From an uncultured bacterium (lineage in GTDB: Bacteria > Krumholzibacteriota > Krumholzibacteriia > Krumholzibacteriales > WJIX01), in assembly GCA_964554125.1 (NCBI GenBank), contig CAZKNG010000004.1:672-64671 (forward strand): a stretch of DNA of 64,000 nt, written 5' to 3'. Under the pieces are notes generated by a model that saw nothing but the letters and a program-made list of their open reading frames with translations, was not told where the DNA came from and searched no databases. A program made the translations under genes and the position numbers. Positions 1 to 10,432 of the stretch are shown here, piece by piece. The stretch's first letter is position 1; the number at the start of each line of letters is the position of its first letter.

Positions 1-129
1 AGAATGATGTCGCAGATAGGAGGATGATATCTGCCGCCTTTGAAAAATTTCTGAATTTGTCATTATTCGGTAAACGGGAGGCGCGTTCGGTGCCTTTAAA
101 GGCCTGACTTATCAAGAGAGGAAACGGGA

Positions 130-585
130 ATGGATTTTACTCACATTGATTCAGAGGGGAAAGCGAGAATGGTTGATATCTCCGGTAAACCGGTTCAGAA
201 GAGAACCGCTGCTGCTTCAGGAGTTATAATTGCCGGAAGCAAAGTTATCGGCTTCTTAAATTCGGGGTCTTTGAAGAAGGGAGATCCTCTCTCAGCCGCG
301 CGAATCGCGGGAATTACGGCTGCCAAGAAAACCGGTGATTTTATCCCGCTTTGTCATCCTCTGCCTCTTGAAAACGTGGATCTTGATTTTGAGGTCGAAA
401 ATGACAGGGTCGTAATCAGAGCAGCCGCTGTCACAACGGCGAAAACGGGGGTGGAGATGGAGGCGCTGACGGCTGTTACCGCCGCCGCTCTGACGATTTA
501 TGATATGTGTAAGGCTGTAAGTAAGGATATGGTTATAGGCGAAATTAAACTCACAAGTAAAAGGAAGGAAGAGCCGGATGAGTAA
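130..585 (+). CDS. moaC: Cyclic pyranopterin monophosphate synthase MoaC
   Basis: 151 aa. Conserved MoaC blocks (ISGK..., GVEMEALTAV..., TIYDMCKA) in the translation. Confidence 0.85.
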   Translation: MDFTHIDSEGKARMVDISGKPVQKRTAAASGVIIAGSKVIGFLNSGSLKKGDPLSAARIAGITAAKKTGDFIPLCHPLPLENVDLDFEVENDRVVIRAAAVTTAKTGVEMEALTAVTAAALTIYDMCKAVSKDMVIGEIKLTSKRKEEPDE

Positions 586-1018
586 AGGAAGATTCAAGGT
601 TGTATCGGTTAATATTTCCGCCGGCAGGGGGACGGGGAAAAGGCCGGTTGGAAAAATCGTTCTTGAAAGTGAATACGGAATTGCCGGTGATGCTCACGCG
701 GGGAGTCCGCGAAAACAGGTGTCATTTTTAGCGATGGAGGACATTGACAGAAAGAAGGAGAAATTTTCAGGATTGAACCCCGGTGATTTTGCCGAGAATA
801 TTACTACAGAGGGGGTTGACCTTTTATCCTTTCCCGTTGGAACGAGATTTAATGTTGACGAAGTTGAATTTGAGGTAACACAGATAGGAAAACCAGGGAA
901 AGGGCACACCATCAAGGGATTGAGCATTGAGCCTCTTCTTGTAAAGAGAGGATTATTCGCCAGGGTGATTAGAGGGGGTGTTATTACGAATGAAAGTGTT
1001 GGTTCTTACGATATCTGA
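578..1018 (+). CDS. MOSC-domain protein (molybdenum-cofactor associated, small form)
   Basis: 146 aa. Resembles the small MOSC proteins encoded next to moa genes (AENITTEG..., EVTQIGK...). Overlaps moaC by 8 nt, so probably translationally coupled. Confidence 0.6.
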   Translation: MSKGRFKVVSVNISAGRGTGKRPVGKIVLESEYGIAGDAHAGSPRKQVSFLAMEDIDRKKEKFSGLNPGDFAENITTEGVDLLSFPVGTRFNVDEVEFEVTQIGKPGKGHTIKGLSIEPLLVKRGLFARVIRGGVITNESVGSYDI

Positions 1019-1457
1019 CAGGGCTTCAGAGGGTCTCTACAGTGACATCTCCGGTCCCGCCGTGGAAAGGATCCTTGTAAATAAGATATCAGGGGCTGAA
1101 GTAGACAGACAGATAGTACCGGATGAAAAAGCAGAGATCAAAAAAGCCTTGGAAGCTAATCTTGACAAAGATGTAATTATAACTACAGGCGGAACGGGTA
1201 TCGGCCCCCGTGATGTCACGCCCGATGTTACAAACGACTTCTGTGACAGGCTGATCCCCGGTATAGCGGAATATTTAAGAATAAAATCCCTTGAAGAAAC
1301 CTTAAATGCCGTTCTTTCAAGAGGGGTTGCCGGGATCAAAGATAACACGATTATTATCAATCTTCCGGGATCTGTCAAAGGAGCGGGTTTCTGCGCTGAA
1401 CTGATCCCTGATATTTTAAAGCATTCGCTGGCAATGCTGCGTGGTGAGGGGCATTAA
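990..1457 (+). CDS. MogA/MoaB-family molybdopterin adenylyltransferase
   Basis: GGTGIGPRDVTPDV motif. ATG at 990 is preceded by a GGGGG ribosome-binding site. The track's GTG start at 978 is less likely. Confidence 0.8.
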   Translation: MKVLVLTISDRASEGLYSDISGPAVERILVNKISGAEVDRQIVPDEKAEIKKALEANLDKDVIITTGGTGIGPRDVTPDVTNDFCDRLIPGIAEYLRIKSLEETLNAVLSRGVAGIKDNTIIINLPGSVKGAGFCAELIPDILKHSLAMLRGEGH

Positions 1458-1665
1458 ATAAAGAGCAGCTCCTCTTGTAACAATTTAAGCTGATTAAATC
1501 ATCTTAAAAAAATCAAGTTCGAGGGGGCAGATTAATTGACGCTTAGTTTGGTATCGGTTATTCTCTCTGATAGTGCCCGAGGCGGTGACATAAAGTGAAA
1601 GCCGGAGCAGACCTGTTAATTAGTCCTGTTACTTGAATATCTTCAATAGCTTCAGGGGGACGGCG

Positions 1666-3891
1666 ATGAAAAAAATAAACCGCAAATTACTTGTAACTAT
1701 AGCTGCAATCGCGATAGTTGTAATAGCAGCAAGCGTTGTTCTCAGGGTAGTTTTTACTGATGATAAACTGATTTCCATGGTTGTGCCCAGGATCGAAAGA
1801 AAACTCGACGCCCGGGTTGAAGTCGGGGACGTGAAAATTGAATTTCCATTCGGGTTTGGTGTTGAGGTAGAACGGCTGAGGGTTTCAAAGAAACTTGAGA
1901 GCGGTGAAGAAATAGGCTTCTACTCTGAAAGCACGGAGGTAAAGGCTTCTCTTATATCATTAATCAGAAGGAAGCCGAAACTTACCAGAGTCCGGATAAA
2001 CAGAGGGGATATAACGATCAGGAAGGATCGAGGCAGGACGTTTACTGTAAAGGGGATCTCTTCGGCGATCTCTCTTGTCCCGGAAGGTAAATCGTACAAA
2101 ATCGGCATATCTCTGGGTATCGATTCTCTTCTGGTAAGATCGGATGAGACCACGGAGATAAGCGCAGCGGCCAACCTGAATTATAAAGGTGTGATAGAGA
2201 CAGATTTTCCCATTAGGAAAACCGGCAAAGAACTTTTCCCCCGCGCGACCATAAGAGGCGTATTTGAAACCGGTAAGCTCGTGCTTTCCGGGCAAAAATT
2301 ACCTGTTGGATTTGAAGGGGAGGGTTCTGTAAATCTGTCCGGTAACGCTGTTGCCACGGATGACCTGGCGGTTAAATCAGGAAAATCTTCATCTGATGTC
2401 AGTTTCGAAATCGTTTTTGATAAAGACAGAAAACCTGAGGACCTGAACTTTACGCAGAGTATCAGAATAGATTTGTCTGATCTGAAACCATTTTTCAGGG
2501 AATCTTCTATAGCTCCGGAAGGTACAGTAGCATTGGATTTAAAGGGAGATGGTAAGGTAAAGCCTTTAATAAGAGGGTTGAAGGATATTTCTAAGGCAGC
2601 CGGTGAAGGTGAAACAGATCAGATATTCGAAGATTTCAAGCTGGAGGGGAGCTTGAATATCAATCTTTCTTCGATTGGGCCCGCGGCTCTTCCCGTGAAT
2701 ATTTCAGATATAAATATAGATGCCGGTATTAACAGAGGAAGCATAAGAGGACTTAACGGCAATTTCAAGCTGAACGGGAGACCTTTTTCTCTTAAAGGTT
2801 CATTTATAAATCTTCTTCCCGCCGCGCTTGAAGTTGTTTCTTTATTCAGCGGTGAAAGCGCTCCGGATCTTTCCCCTGCCGAATTTGGCGCGATATTCAG
2901 CGGGATGCGTTCAGATTCTGATAATTCAATAGAAATCACAGGTTCCTATATTGACCTGGAGGAATTCTCAGGCGATGATTCAGGGCCGGATTCTGAGGAA
3001 ACAGAAGATTCAGATAGTGAGAATATGCCCCAAGCCATGATTATTAAAAACCCTGTAACATTAGTTTTTCTTAAAAGTTTAGATTTTACAGCACGCGTTG
3101 ATTCGGTAGTTTCATCCCGCGCCGTTATAACTTCACTGGATATGGCCTGTAAAATAAGAAATGGCAAGATAACTCTCGATCCGCTTAAGGGAAAGTTCGC
3201 GGAAGGCAGCTTTGAATCGTCGGGAATGATAACGTTAAGGAATCCTGATCAGATAAGAACCTCCTTGAATCTGAAAGCAAGAGGCATCAAAGCGGGGCAG
3301 ATTCTTTCCCGCTTTTCAAGCTCGGGCAGTCTGGTAAAAGGGCAATTTGATATAAATAGTACGGGAAGGATAGATTATTCGCGCCATGCTGATCCGTTAA
3401 AATCGCTCCACGTTCGCGGTTCAATTTATTCAAGTGACGGATATGTGGATTTCTCAGATATTTTTTCTCCTGTCACCGCCGCTGTGCCTTTGGATTTCTC
3501 AAAATATGAGAAATACCACTATGAAACCTGGGAGGGAAATCTGATTATTACAGGTGGAAGGGTGATCATCAAGGACTGGAAGCTCAGATCGGGAGACGGC
3601 GATATCTTCCCCGGGGGTTCGATAGGCCTCGACGGCACTCTAAGTTGTACAGCAAAGCTGGTTATTCCGCCCGGCGCGCAGAAGAGAATGAAAGATTTGA
3701 GGAAATACGGTGATCTTGTGGATCTTTTCAAAGATGACAAGGGGAATCTTGTTTTTGTTTTTAATATAGGCGGCACTGTTAAATCTCCGGCTGTTAAGCT
3801 GGATCAGACTGAAGCCGGAGATAAAGCGAAAAGGAAAGTCGTCGATGAATTAAAGAAAAAAGCTGTTGATAAACTTAAAGGTCTGTTCTAG
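1666..3891 (+). CDS. AsmA-family outer-membrane biogenesis protein (N-terminal membrane anchor)
   Basis: About 740 aa with one N-terminal TM helix and a long beta-rich periplasmic body with an acidic linker. Start taken at MKKINRK, which has a GGGGGA ribosome-binding site. Confidence 0.55.
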   Translation: MKKINRKLLVTIAAIAIVVIAASVVLRVVFTDDKLISMVVPRIERKLDARVEVGDVKIEFPFGFGVEVERLRVSKKLESGEEIGFYSESTEVKASLISLIRRKPKLTRVRINRGDITIRKDRGRTFTVKGISSAISLVPEGKSYKIGISLGIDSLLVRSDETTEISAAANLNYKGVIETDFPIRKTGKELFPRATIRGVFETGKLVLSGQKLPVGFEGEGSVNLSGNAVATDDLAVKSGKSSSDVSFEIVFDKDRKPEDLNFTQSIRIDLSDLKPFFRESSIAPEGTVALDLKGDGKVKPLIRGLKDISKAAGEGETDQIFEDFKLEGSLNINLSSIGPAALPVNISDINIDAGINRGSIRGLNGNFKLNGRPFSLKGSFINLLPAALEVVSLFSGESAPDLSPAEFGAIFSGMRSDSDNSIEITGSYIDLEEFSGDDSGPDSEETEDSDSENMPQAMIIKNPVTLVFLKSLDFTARVDSVVSSRAVITSLDMACKIRNGKITLDPLKGKFAEGSFESSGMITLRNPDQIRTSLNLKARGIKAGQILSRFSSSGSLVKGQFDINSTGRIDYSRHADPLKSLHVRGSIYSSDGYVDFSDIFSPVTAAVPLDFSKYEKYHYETWEGNLIITGGRVIIKDWKLRSGDGDIFPGGSIGLDGTLSCTAKLVIPPGAQKRMKDLRKYGDLVDLFKDDKGNLVFVFNIGGTVKSPAVKLDQTEAGDKAKRKVVDELKKKAVDKLKGLF

Positions 3892-3895
3892 AAAA

Positions 3896-3937
3896 AACCC
3901 CGGGAAAGTGAAGTCTCTTCACATTTCCCGGGGGTAG
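3896..3937. terminator. Bidirectional rho-independent terminator hairpin
   Basis: aaaaCCCCGGGAAAgtgaag-tctc-cttcacaTTTCCCGGGGg perfect inverted repeat. It sits between convergent genes: the AsmA-like gene on + and the lipoprotein gene on -. Confidence 0.75.
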
Positions 3938-3966
3938 TTTGCTTAACGTTTGTTTGAACTCATCTT

Positions 3967-4788
3967 CTAGTAATTAACAGCCGATTTACGTCCTGGTACC
4001 GTGGCTTCTACATGATCCTTATCCACTATCTTCGGATTTCCATTATCTCCCGGGTCTGTCGGGTTGGCTACGATGTCAAAGGCAAGTTCGTCAAGATCTT
4101 CAGTAAGCATCAGGCCGAAAGAACAAAGCAATATTCCGCCATCGGGATACACAGCTCTATTAAATGCGATCGCGATACCGTTTGAGATGTCTCCAATTTT
4201 AAGCGCATATTCTGGAATGCTTGTATATGTGTACACAAAACCCGATTCAAGGGGTGAACCTTCGGAATCCACGAGATTGACCTTAAATGTTGCGCCCCTC
4301 ATGGACTCGTTTTCATCCAGCATAATGTACGCGTAACAGTCAAGTACGGATGGATATGTAACGTCGCCACTGCATACTGAAGCTTCTTCATCAAAGAAGA
4401 TAGCTATTGAAGGGTTATTAGGTACGTCTACCTCAAATGAAAAACAAACTACATCTGTAGCGCCTTCATCGTCTGTACAAACTACATTGAAATTATAACT
4501 TCCCGCCGATTCGGTCACGCCTGTAATTGTACCGTCTGAAGAAAGTTCCATTCCGGCGGGCAGGTGTGAAACAGAATCAAGTGACCAGGTATATGGTTCA
4601 GTTCCATTCTCTGCTTCCATCTGCACACTGTAAGGGGAACAGGTATATCCTGTTTCAAGTGTGGCATCAGTTGTGATTGCCAACTCTTCCGGCTCCGGTG
4701 TCGGAGTGACGGTGTCCTCATCCTCTGAGCACGAGATAAACATGCCGCTCAAAGAGAGAACTAAAAGAACTAAAAAAACCTTTCTCAT
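3967..4788 (-). CDS. Secreted lipoprotein with putative Ig-like (He_PIG-type) domain
   Basis: Signal peptide plus lipobox (LSGMFISC). Thr/Pro-rich linker followed by a beta-rich body. Confidence 0.5.
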   Translation of the reverse strand: MRKVFLVLLVLSLSGMFISCSEDEDTVTPTPEPEELAITTDATLETGYTCSPYSVQMEAENGTEPYTWSLDSVSHLPAGMELSSDGTITGVTESAGSYNFNVVCTDDEGATDVVCFSFEVDVPNNPSIAIFFDEEASVCSGDVTYPSVLDCYAYIMLDENESMRGATFKVNLVDSEGSPLESGFVYTYTSIPEYALKIGDISNGIAIAFNRAVYPDGGILLCSFGLMLTEDLDELAFDIVANPTDPGDNGNPKIVDKDHVEATVPGRKSAVNY

Positions 4789-5314
4789 TTTGAGACCTCC
4801 TTTTGTCTCTTAAAGTCCGGTTGTACCCTTTGGCCTTGTCCATTGCAATCTGTGTGCCACATATGTTATCTATGAAATCAGATTCTGTAACTCCTTGTCA
4901 CGCATATAGATAAATTCTATCGTCCGGAGGTTTTGCCTGTATTTTGAAGTAATATCAGACTCTCATTATGCCAAATTATGTTTTACAGTGGCTATTAGTT
5001 CTTCAGCGTTTACAATAGTTGCTGCCTGTGGCGGCTGCTTTCCGATAGATCTGAAAGGGTCTTTGAAAAGCGCTTAGCGTACTTTAAGAAACCTTTTTAA
5101 GGGGAAGTATAAAGGTGTCTTTAAATTATCCCGGCAGATAATTTGTTTTTCAGAGTGTAAAGCGTTTTATATTATCGCGTTAATATTCCCTATACCCTGA
5201 TTGAAGTTCCAGGATAGAGTAATTCCCGGCGCGGCAGTAATTCAGTATAAATTGTACGGCAGACTATAACGCCGTTATTAATCTGTATTGAGTCAGCGCG
5301 GGTATAAAGGTATT

Positions 5315-6280
5315 TCAGTCTATCAGCAGCTTACCCTTTTCCATTATCATTTTGCCGTCAAACTCTACGGTGGGCTTCATTACAATCCCGTCGAGGTGGA
5401 TCGGAACATTCACGGTTCCTCCCATCGACATATTGTTTCCGAGAGCTATATGGATTGTTCCCATAACTTTCTCGTCTTCGAGTATCTTGCCTGTTATTTT
5501 CGCCGCATCGTTTGTTCCGATGCCCAGTTCGGCTGTGTTGAATGCCATTGGCCCGACAGCTTCCAGTTTTTCTTTCAGCAGATCCGCCTCGGGGCCGCCT
5601 GTAATTTCCACGGCAAAGCCGTCTTTAACGGTAATTGTTATAGGAGTCTTCCCGGTAAGGTCACCGATTCCGGCCATAGATCCATCGACTATAAATACTC
5701 CGTTGGAACTGTTTTCAACCGGCATTAGATAGGCTTCGCCCGAGGGAAGATTTCCGAATCCACCCTTTTCATGTATAAGTCCGGTTGAGGCTATACCCTC
5801 TATACCATCTACAGGTATTATTATATCTGTACCCGACTCTGTTGTTACATGAGCGGATTTTGCATCTGTCAGCATCTTAGTTATTTTTTTTGTTCTGTCA
5901 GCTATAGCGTAGTAATCGGCTTTAAGGCAGCGAACCATTGTATCCTTTGTAATTCCGGGCATTGTAGCTACTCTGGCTCCGGCCGAGCAAGCCTCTCTTC
6001 TTGCCGTCGTGTGAGTAAGTGATTTTGATGTCGGGATTATAACAGCTTCGCTGGCTGCCATCGCGCGCGAGACAGATTCGGGAGGTTCCTCGCCGTTTCT
6101 ACTCAAAGGCATTATCTCCATTATGACAGATTCTGCTCCGAGTGAGCGGCCGGCTTCGAATAGAGCTTGGCCTATTGTTTTAAGTTCAGAGTCTGTTACT
6201 ACGAGAAATGATTCATCTTTTTTTACTTTCAGGCAGTCTTTTACGGCTGTTACCGCTGATTCATAAAGTTCTTTATCCAT
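5315..6280 (-). CDS. Aminopeptidase, M29/PepS-like family
   Basis: 321 aa. Resembles the short thermophilic-type aminopeptidases (GGTVNVPIHLDG..., HIALGNN...). Confidence 0.45.
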   Translation of the reverse strand: MDKELYESAVTAVKDCLKVKKDESFLVVTDSELKTIGQALFEAGRSLGAESVIMEIMPLSRNGEEPPESVSRAMAASEAVIIPTSKSLTHTTARREACSAGARVATMPGITKDTMVRCLKADYYAIADRTKKITKMLTDAKSAHVTTESGTDIIIPVDGIEGIASTGLIHEKGGFGNLPSGEAYLMPVENSSNGVFIVDGSMAGIGDLTGKTPITITVKDGFAVEITGGPEADLLKEKLEAVGPMAFNTAELGIGTNDAAKITGKILEDEKVMGTIHIALGNNMSMGGTVNVPIHLDGIVMKPTVEFDGKMIMEKGKLLID

Positions 6281-6544
6281 GAGATTCCTCCCTTTTGCCT
6301 CAACTGTTATTGGCTTAATCAGTTATATACTCCGTCTATTCTGCTTTATTCAATAATAAAGGGTATAGAGGATTATCTTCCAGCTGATAAGATATTAACA
6401 TGAACCGGGCGGGGTATTTCAATTCATTTTATCAAAAAATGAAATTTATCTGATCAGAGAGCTAAGGAAGGCGGGAAAGGCTCTTCAACCTCGGCGGGTT
6501 TACTTTCAGGAAATAGATTTGCGTGCCTGAAGCCCTGAAAATTC

Positions 6545-6573
6545 TTGCGGAATTAAAACTAAAAGGGTACAAT
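6545..6573 (+). promoter_or_regulatory. Putative sigma70 promoter for the PurF-like gene
   Basis: TTGCGG-17nt-TACAAT. A second TATAAT lies at 6597-6602. GGAGGT ribosome-binding site at 6614-6619. Confidence 0.35.
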
Positions 6574-6626
6574 GCTTTTTTTCGCGAGTGGTGATATATA
6601 ATTTGATTCGCCTCGGAGGTTAAGAA

Positions 6627-8018
6627 ATGAGTGGTCTTTTCGGTGTAGTTTCCAGCGATAGTTGTTCTGAATATCTGCTTTATGGAACGGATTATCATTC
6701 TCATCTCGGCAATGAATTCGGAGGAGCGGCGGTTTTAGGGGAAACTTTTCACCGGCAAATCCACGATATAAGTGACAGCCAGTTCAAATCGAAATTCGAT
6801 AAGGATATTATGGAAATGAGGGGGAAGATGGGAATAGGGGTCGTGAGCGCTGTTGATGAGCAACCTGTATATATGAATTCCAGGTTTGGTCCTTTCTGTC
6901 TCATAATGGATGGAATTATCAATAATTCCCGGGAGCTTGCCTCGGCGCTTCTTGACCGTGGAATCAGTTTCAGTGAAGTAGGGAAGGGTTATGTGAATCT
7001 CGCGGAGCTTACTGCTAAATTGATAACGCAGGGTGACAGCATTGTCAGCGGTATCGAAAAGATGTTCGATCAGATAAACGGTTCCTGTTCACTTCTCCTG
7101 CTGCATAGAGACGGAATCTATGCCGCCAGAGACAGGCACGGGCATTCCTCCCTGGCCGTTGGGAGAAACGGCGATTCTTGGGCGCTGGCTTCTGAAACAT
7201 CCTCCTTTCCCAACCTCAATTTTGAAGGTGAGAAGTTCTTAAGGCCCGGTGAGATCGTTTTGATAAATGAAAAAGGGCTTACGCGGAAAAAGAAGGGTTC
7301 CGACAAAAACCAGATTTGCGCCTTCTTGTGGGTATATACGGGGTTTCCGACTAGCAGGTATGAAGGTATAAATGTTGAGACAGTCAGAGAAAAATGCGGC
7401 AGATTTCTGGCAAAGAGGGATCGTGATATCGATGTGGATGTTGTCGCGGGTGTTCCTGATTCGGGGATTGGCCACGCGGTAGGATACGCTATTGAATCGA
7501 ATAAGCCCTACAGAAGGCCTCTGGTAAAATATACTCCCGGATACGGGCGGAGTTATATTCCCAGTTCACAGAATATGCGGGATCATATCGCCAGAATGAA
7601 ATTGATTCCCAATGAATCTATAATTAGAGGAAACAGAATTGTTATTTGTGAAGATTCGATAGTGAGAGGAACTCAGCTGAAAAATTATACTATCAGGAAG
7701 CTGTGGTCCGCCGGAGCTGAGGAGATCCACGTCAGAGTTGCCTGTCCTCCTCTTATCTTTCCGTGTAAATTCAATTTTTCAACCCGGAGTATCGGCGAAC
7801 TCGCGGCCCGAAGGGCTATAAGAGCAATTGAAGGAGCTGATGTCGGGGATGTCTCAGAATATGTGGATCACACAACAGAGAAGTACGCGGAGATGATAGA
7901 ATGGATAAGAAAGGATCTGAAAGTGACGACTCTGAGATATCAGACGATCGATGATATGATAGAATCGACAGGTATGCCGAGGGGAAAATTGTGTCTGAAC
8001 TGCTGGAACGGTGAATGA
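6627..8018 (+). CDS. PurF-like class-II amidotransferase / PRTase paralog lacking the N-terminal catalytic Cys (Ser2)
   Basis: N-terminus MSGLFGV compared with canonical MCGI. PRTase motif (VICEDSIVRGTQL) and a PurF-like C-terminal region (CPPLIFPCKF). The canonical purF is at 49147. Confidence 0.6.
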   Translation: MSGLFGVVSSDSCSEYLLYGTDYHSHLGNEFGGAAVLGETFHRQIHDISDSQFKSKFDKDIMEMRGKMGIGVVSAVDEQPVYMNSRFGPFCLIMDGIINNSRELASALLDRGISFSEVGKGYVNLAELTAKLITQGDSIVSGIEKMFDQINGSCSLLLLHRDGIYAARDRHGHSSLAVGRNGDSWALASETSSFPNLNFEGEKFLRPGEIVLINEKGLTRKKKGSDKNQICAFLWVYTGFPTSRYEGINVETVREKCGRFLAKRDRDIDVDVVAGVPDSGIGHAVGYAIESNKPYRRPLVKYTPGYGRSYIPSSQNMRDHIARMKLIPNESIIRGNRIVICEDSIVRGTQLKNYTIRKLWSAGAEEIHVRVACPPLIFPCKFNFSTRSIGELAARRAIRAIEGADVGDVSEYVDHTTEKYAEMIEWIRKDLKVTTLRYQTIDDMIESTGMPRGKLCLNCWNGE

Positions 8019-8078
8019 TCGGGCCGCGGCGGATAGCATATAAAAATCACAGGATTTAAGTTAGATCGCACCCGGAGA

Positions 8079-8864
8079 TTAAACTTCTTCATCATACTCG
8101 GTGAGTATCCCGGCAACGGCATTTGCCTGATCATCCGCCCCGGCGACAAGTATTATCCTTTTTATCGATTCAGTTTCCTGAGATTTTATCGTTTCAAGCA
8201 ATGCTATCACCGCTCGGTGATTATTTGTTTCTTCTAAATTCTTCCATATGACCGGAATCGTTACGGTAGCAGAATCGAGTTTGTCAGCAAGTTCGAGAAC
8301 CTTCGAAAAAGCCGATTTAATCGATTCATCAGAATGATAACCGGCAGAGTCTTCAGGTAGGACTGCATGGATTATGTAGCGGCATGTCAAATTTCCGGAG
8401 GTTGTAGAGATCGGCTTTTCAATCGTTATCGGAGATTTTGAAGCTGCTTCTTTTTCTATATCATTTCCGCCTTTATTTTTAATGGCGGCCCCCGGGCCTT
8501 CAGACATAGTTCCGTCCGGTGAGGCTGGATTTATAATGGCGTCTGAGAAGAAATCTGTAATTTCTCCCACCCGCACGGAAACGTCGATCTTTCCTATACT
8601 GGACATATAGACATTTTTCTCCATGGCTATTCCGGCCAGTATTACATCCGGCTTTTTTCTGAAATCGCCGATGAGCCTCTTGCCTTCTCCGGCTACAAAA
8701 CCCGCCGTATTGAAAACTTCTTCAGGATCGGCCCTGCCATCCTGAAAGAGATCGAGTTTTTTCCGCAGAGGATTTATCAACTCACCGCATTTGGATATTT
8801 TCAGGTTTCTGATAAACTCTTTTTTGCGAATTTCCCGTTCATCATCGGTGTCATCAAATAACAT
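8079..8864 (-). CDS. Macro-domain (ADP-ribose / Appr-1''-p processing) protein with ~90 aa N-terminal extension
   Basis: Macro-domain Gly-rich block (DAIINPASPDG...GPGAAIKNKGG). Confidence 0.5.
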   Translation of the reverse strand: MLFDDTDDEREIRKKEFIRNLKISKCGELINPLRKKLDLFQDGRADPEEVFNTAGFVAGEGKRLIGDFRKKPDVILAGIAMEKNVYMSSIGKIDVSVRVGEITDFFSDAIINPASPDGTMSEGPGAAIKNKGGNDIEKEAASKSPITIEKPISTTSGNLTCRYIIHAVLPEDSAGYHSDESIKSAFSKVLELADKLDSATVTIPVIWKNLEETNNHRAVIALLETIKSQETESIKRIILVAGADDQANAVAGILTEYDEEV

Positions 8865-8981
8865 TGTTTCTCCCTTCTCCAGTTAAGGTATAAGGCAGAA
8901 GCCGATTATTTTCCAGCAGAAAACAGCTGAAAATTATATATATTTTAAATTCTGCCTTTGATAACAGCGGCTTCGCGGATT

Positions 8982-9758
8982 TTATTGCCCGGGATTTATC
9001 TCTCCGGAGTCTTCTTTCTTTTTCGTAAGTCTGCTGAAAATAATGTACGAAGGCACTGAAAGAATAATCCCCAGAGTAATTCCAGCCGCCACGTCAAGAG
9101 GCCAGTGTACTCCAACATAGATTCTCGAGAAGGAAACTGTTGCCGCGATCAGAAGGAGAGGGGCGAGAAGTTTTCTGTAGACGAGACCGAGAAACAGCAT
9201 GGAAGTTGTTATATTAGCCGCGTGTCCGGACGGAAATGAGAAGGATGATTTATATCCTCTGACCGCTTCAAAAGATGTGGTAATCCATCCTGAGCTCCCG
9301 CTCCAGAAACGCGCGCCGCCCAGCACTTCGCAGGGACGCGATCTTTGAAAGAGGGGTTTCATAATTCCACTGGATATCTGATCAGATGCTACCAGAAGGG
9401 GTATGAGCGCGAGAGCAGCCCATTTCCCTTTCGGCCCTCCGAATATTACAAGAGCTGACCATGAAAGTAGAATAATAATCTTAGACCTGTCAAAATCGGT
9501 AATAACAGGCATAACGGTATCAAATGCACGGTTGGCGAGGCGCGTATTAATAAACCGGAAGATCCTAGTGTCGTAAGATGATTCGTTCTGGAATTTATGC
9601 CAGGCTGCCCCCGAAAGAGAATCTGTATCTGCCGCGCGGGGAGTCGGCGCGCTGGAGGAAGCTGCCGGCAGCATAGCCAGGACGATGAATATCAGGAATG
9701 TCTGCCGGATTCTTTCTTTTGCCATAGCGGTACGGTTTTTCCTAAGATAATAATTCAA
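8982..9758 (-). CDS. PAP2-family phosphatase (undecaprenyl-diphosphatase-like), signal peptide
   Basis: PAP2 motifs KPLFQRSRP, SFPSGH and RIYVGVHWPLDV. Start may instead be the ATG at 9725 (MAKERIRQ). Confidence 0.7.
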   Translation of the reverse strand: MNYYLRKNRTAMAKERIRQTFLIFIVLAMLPAASSSAPTPRAADTDSLSGAAWHKFQNESSYDTRIFRFINTRLANRAFDTVMPVITDFDRSKIIILLSWSALVIFGGPKGKWAALALIPLLVASDQISSGIMKPLFQRSRPCEVLGGARFWSGSSGWITTSFEAVRGYKSSFSFPSGHAANITTSMLFLGLVYRKLLAPLLLIAATVSFSRIYVGVHWPLDVAAGITLGIILSVPSYIIFSRLTKKKEDSGEINPGQ

Positions 9759-9898
9759 AAGGAAGTGTTCTGATCCTGCCGCCCGGAAAGTGCAATAGAC
9801 AGAATCAGAACTCCTCTGAAATCAGTTTACAATTCCTATCAGCAGGTGGTTTCGTCTATGCTTCTATGCCGCTGATACTTTTTCGCTTATGCCTGTTA

Positions 9899-10432
9899 CT
9901 AAAATGAGAAACCGCCGGAAATAGTGAAATATTTAGTTGTGCCGTCATCAAATATTATATTAAGGGCTGGTTTGATCTCCCATATTCTTGATTCAGACTG
10001 ATCGATTATTATTCCGCCGCCTAATCTCATCCCAAGATTCATTTCCGAATCATCATCAAAAGCGAAGCGGTAAAAGCCGATCCCCGCCTGTCCGAAATAT
10101 TTATTTGTGCTGCCTGTCGAATCACTTTGTGAAAAGAGATATCTCGCCTGGGGAATAAATTCCATTATCGAAGCTGAACCGTTGCCTTCATCGACTCCCC
10201 ACCTGTTGTAGGCGATCCTTCCTCCCAGGAGTATATTGTCCGTATGTGGGATAAAACCGTCCAGGCCGAAGCATATTCCGGTATTTAAATAATCGCCCGC
10301 ATCGCCGAAAGGTATTGATAGTCCTGCATTGGCGTTAAATTCGATTTGTTCCATAATGCTGTCCGCAGCCAGAGTTGACGCAGGCAGAATAATAATAACG
10401 GCGATCATCAGCAACGCACTTTTATGAATCAT
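9899..10432 (-). CDS. Outer-membrane beta-barrel protein (OmpW/OmpA-like small barrel)
   Basis: Signal peptide. Alternating hydrophobic beta-strand pattern. C-terminal aromatic residue (..GGFSF). Confidence 0.5.
   Translation of the reverse strand: MIHKSALLMIAVIIILPASTLAADSIMEQIEFNANAGLSIPFGDAGDYLNTGICFGLDGFIPHTDNILLGGRIAYNRWGVDEGNGSASIMEFIPQARYLFSQSDSTGSTNKYFGQAGIGFYRFAFDDDSEMNLGMRLGGGIIIDQSESRIWEIKPALNIIFDDGTTKYFTISGGFSF

Noticed and set aside
5288-5732. Two plus-strand ORFs (146 and 126 aa) overlapping the aminopeptidase gene
   Set aside because: They lie antisense within a well-supported CDS. The translations are low-complexity with no recognisable motifs. These are typical shadow ORFs.
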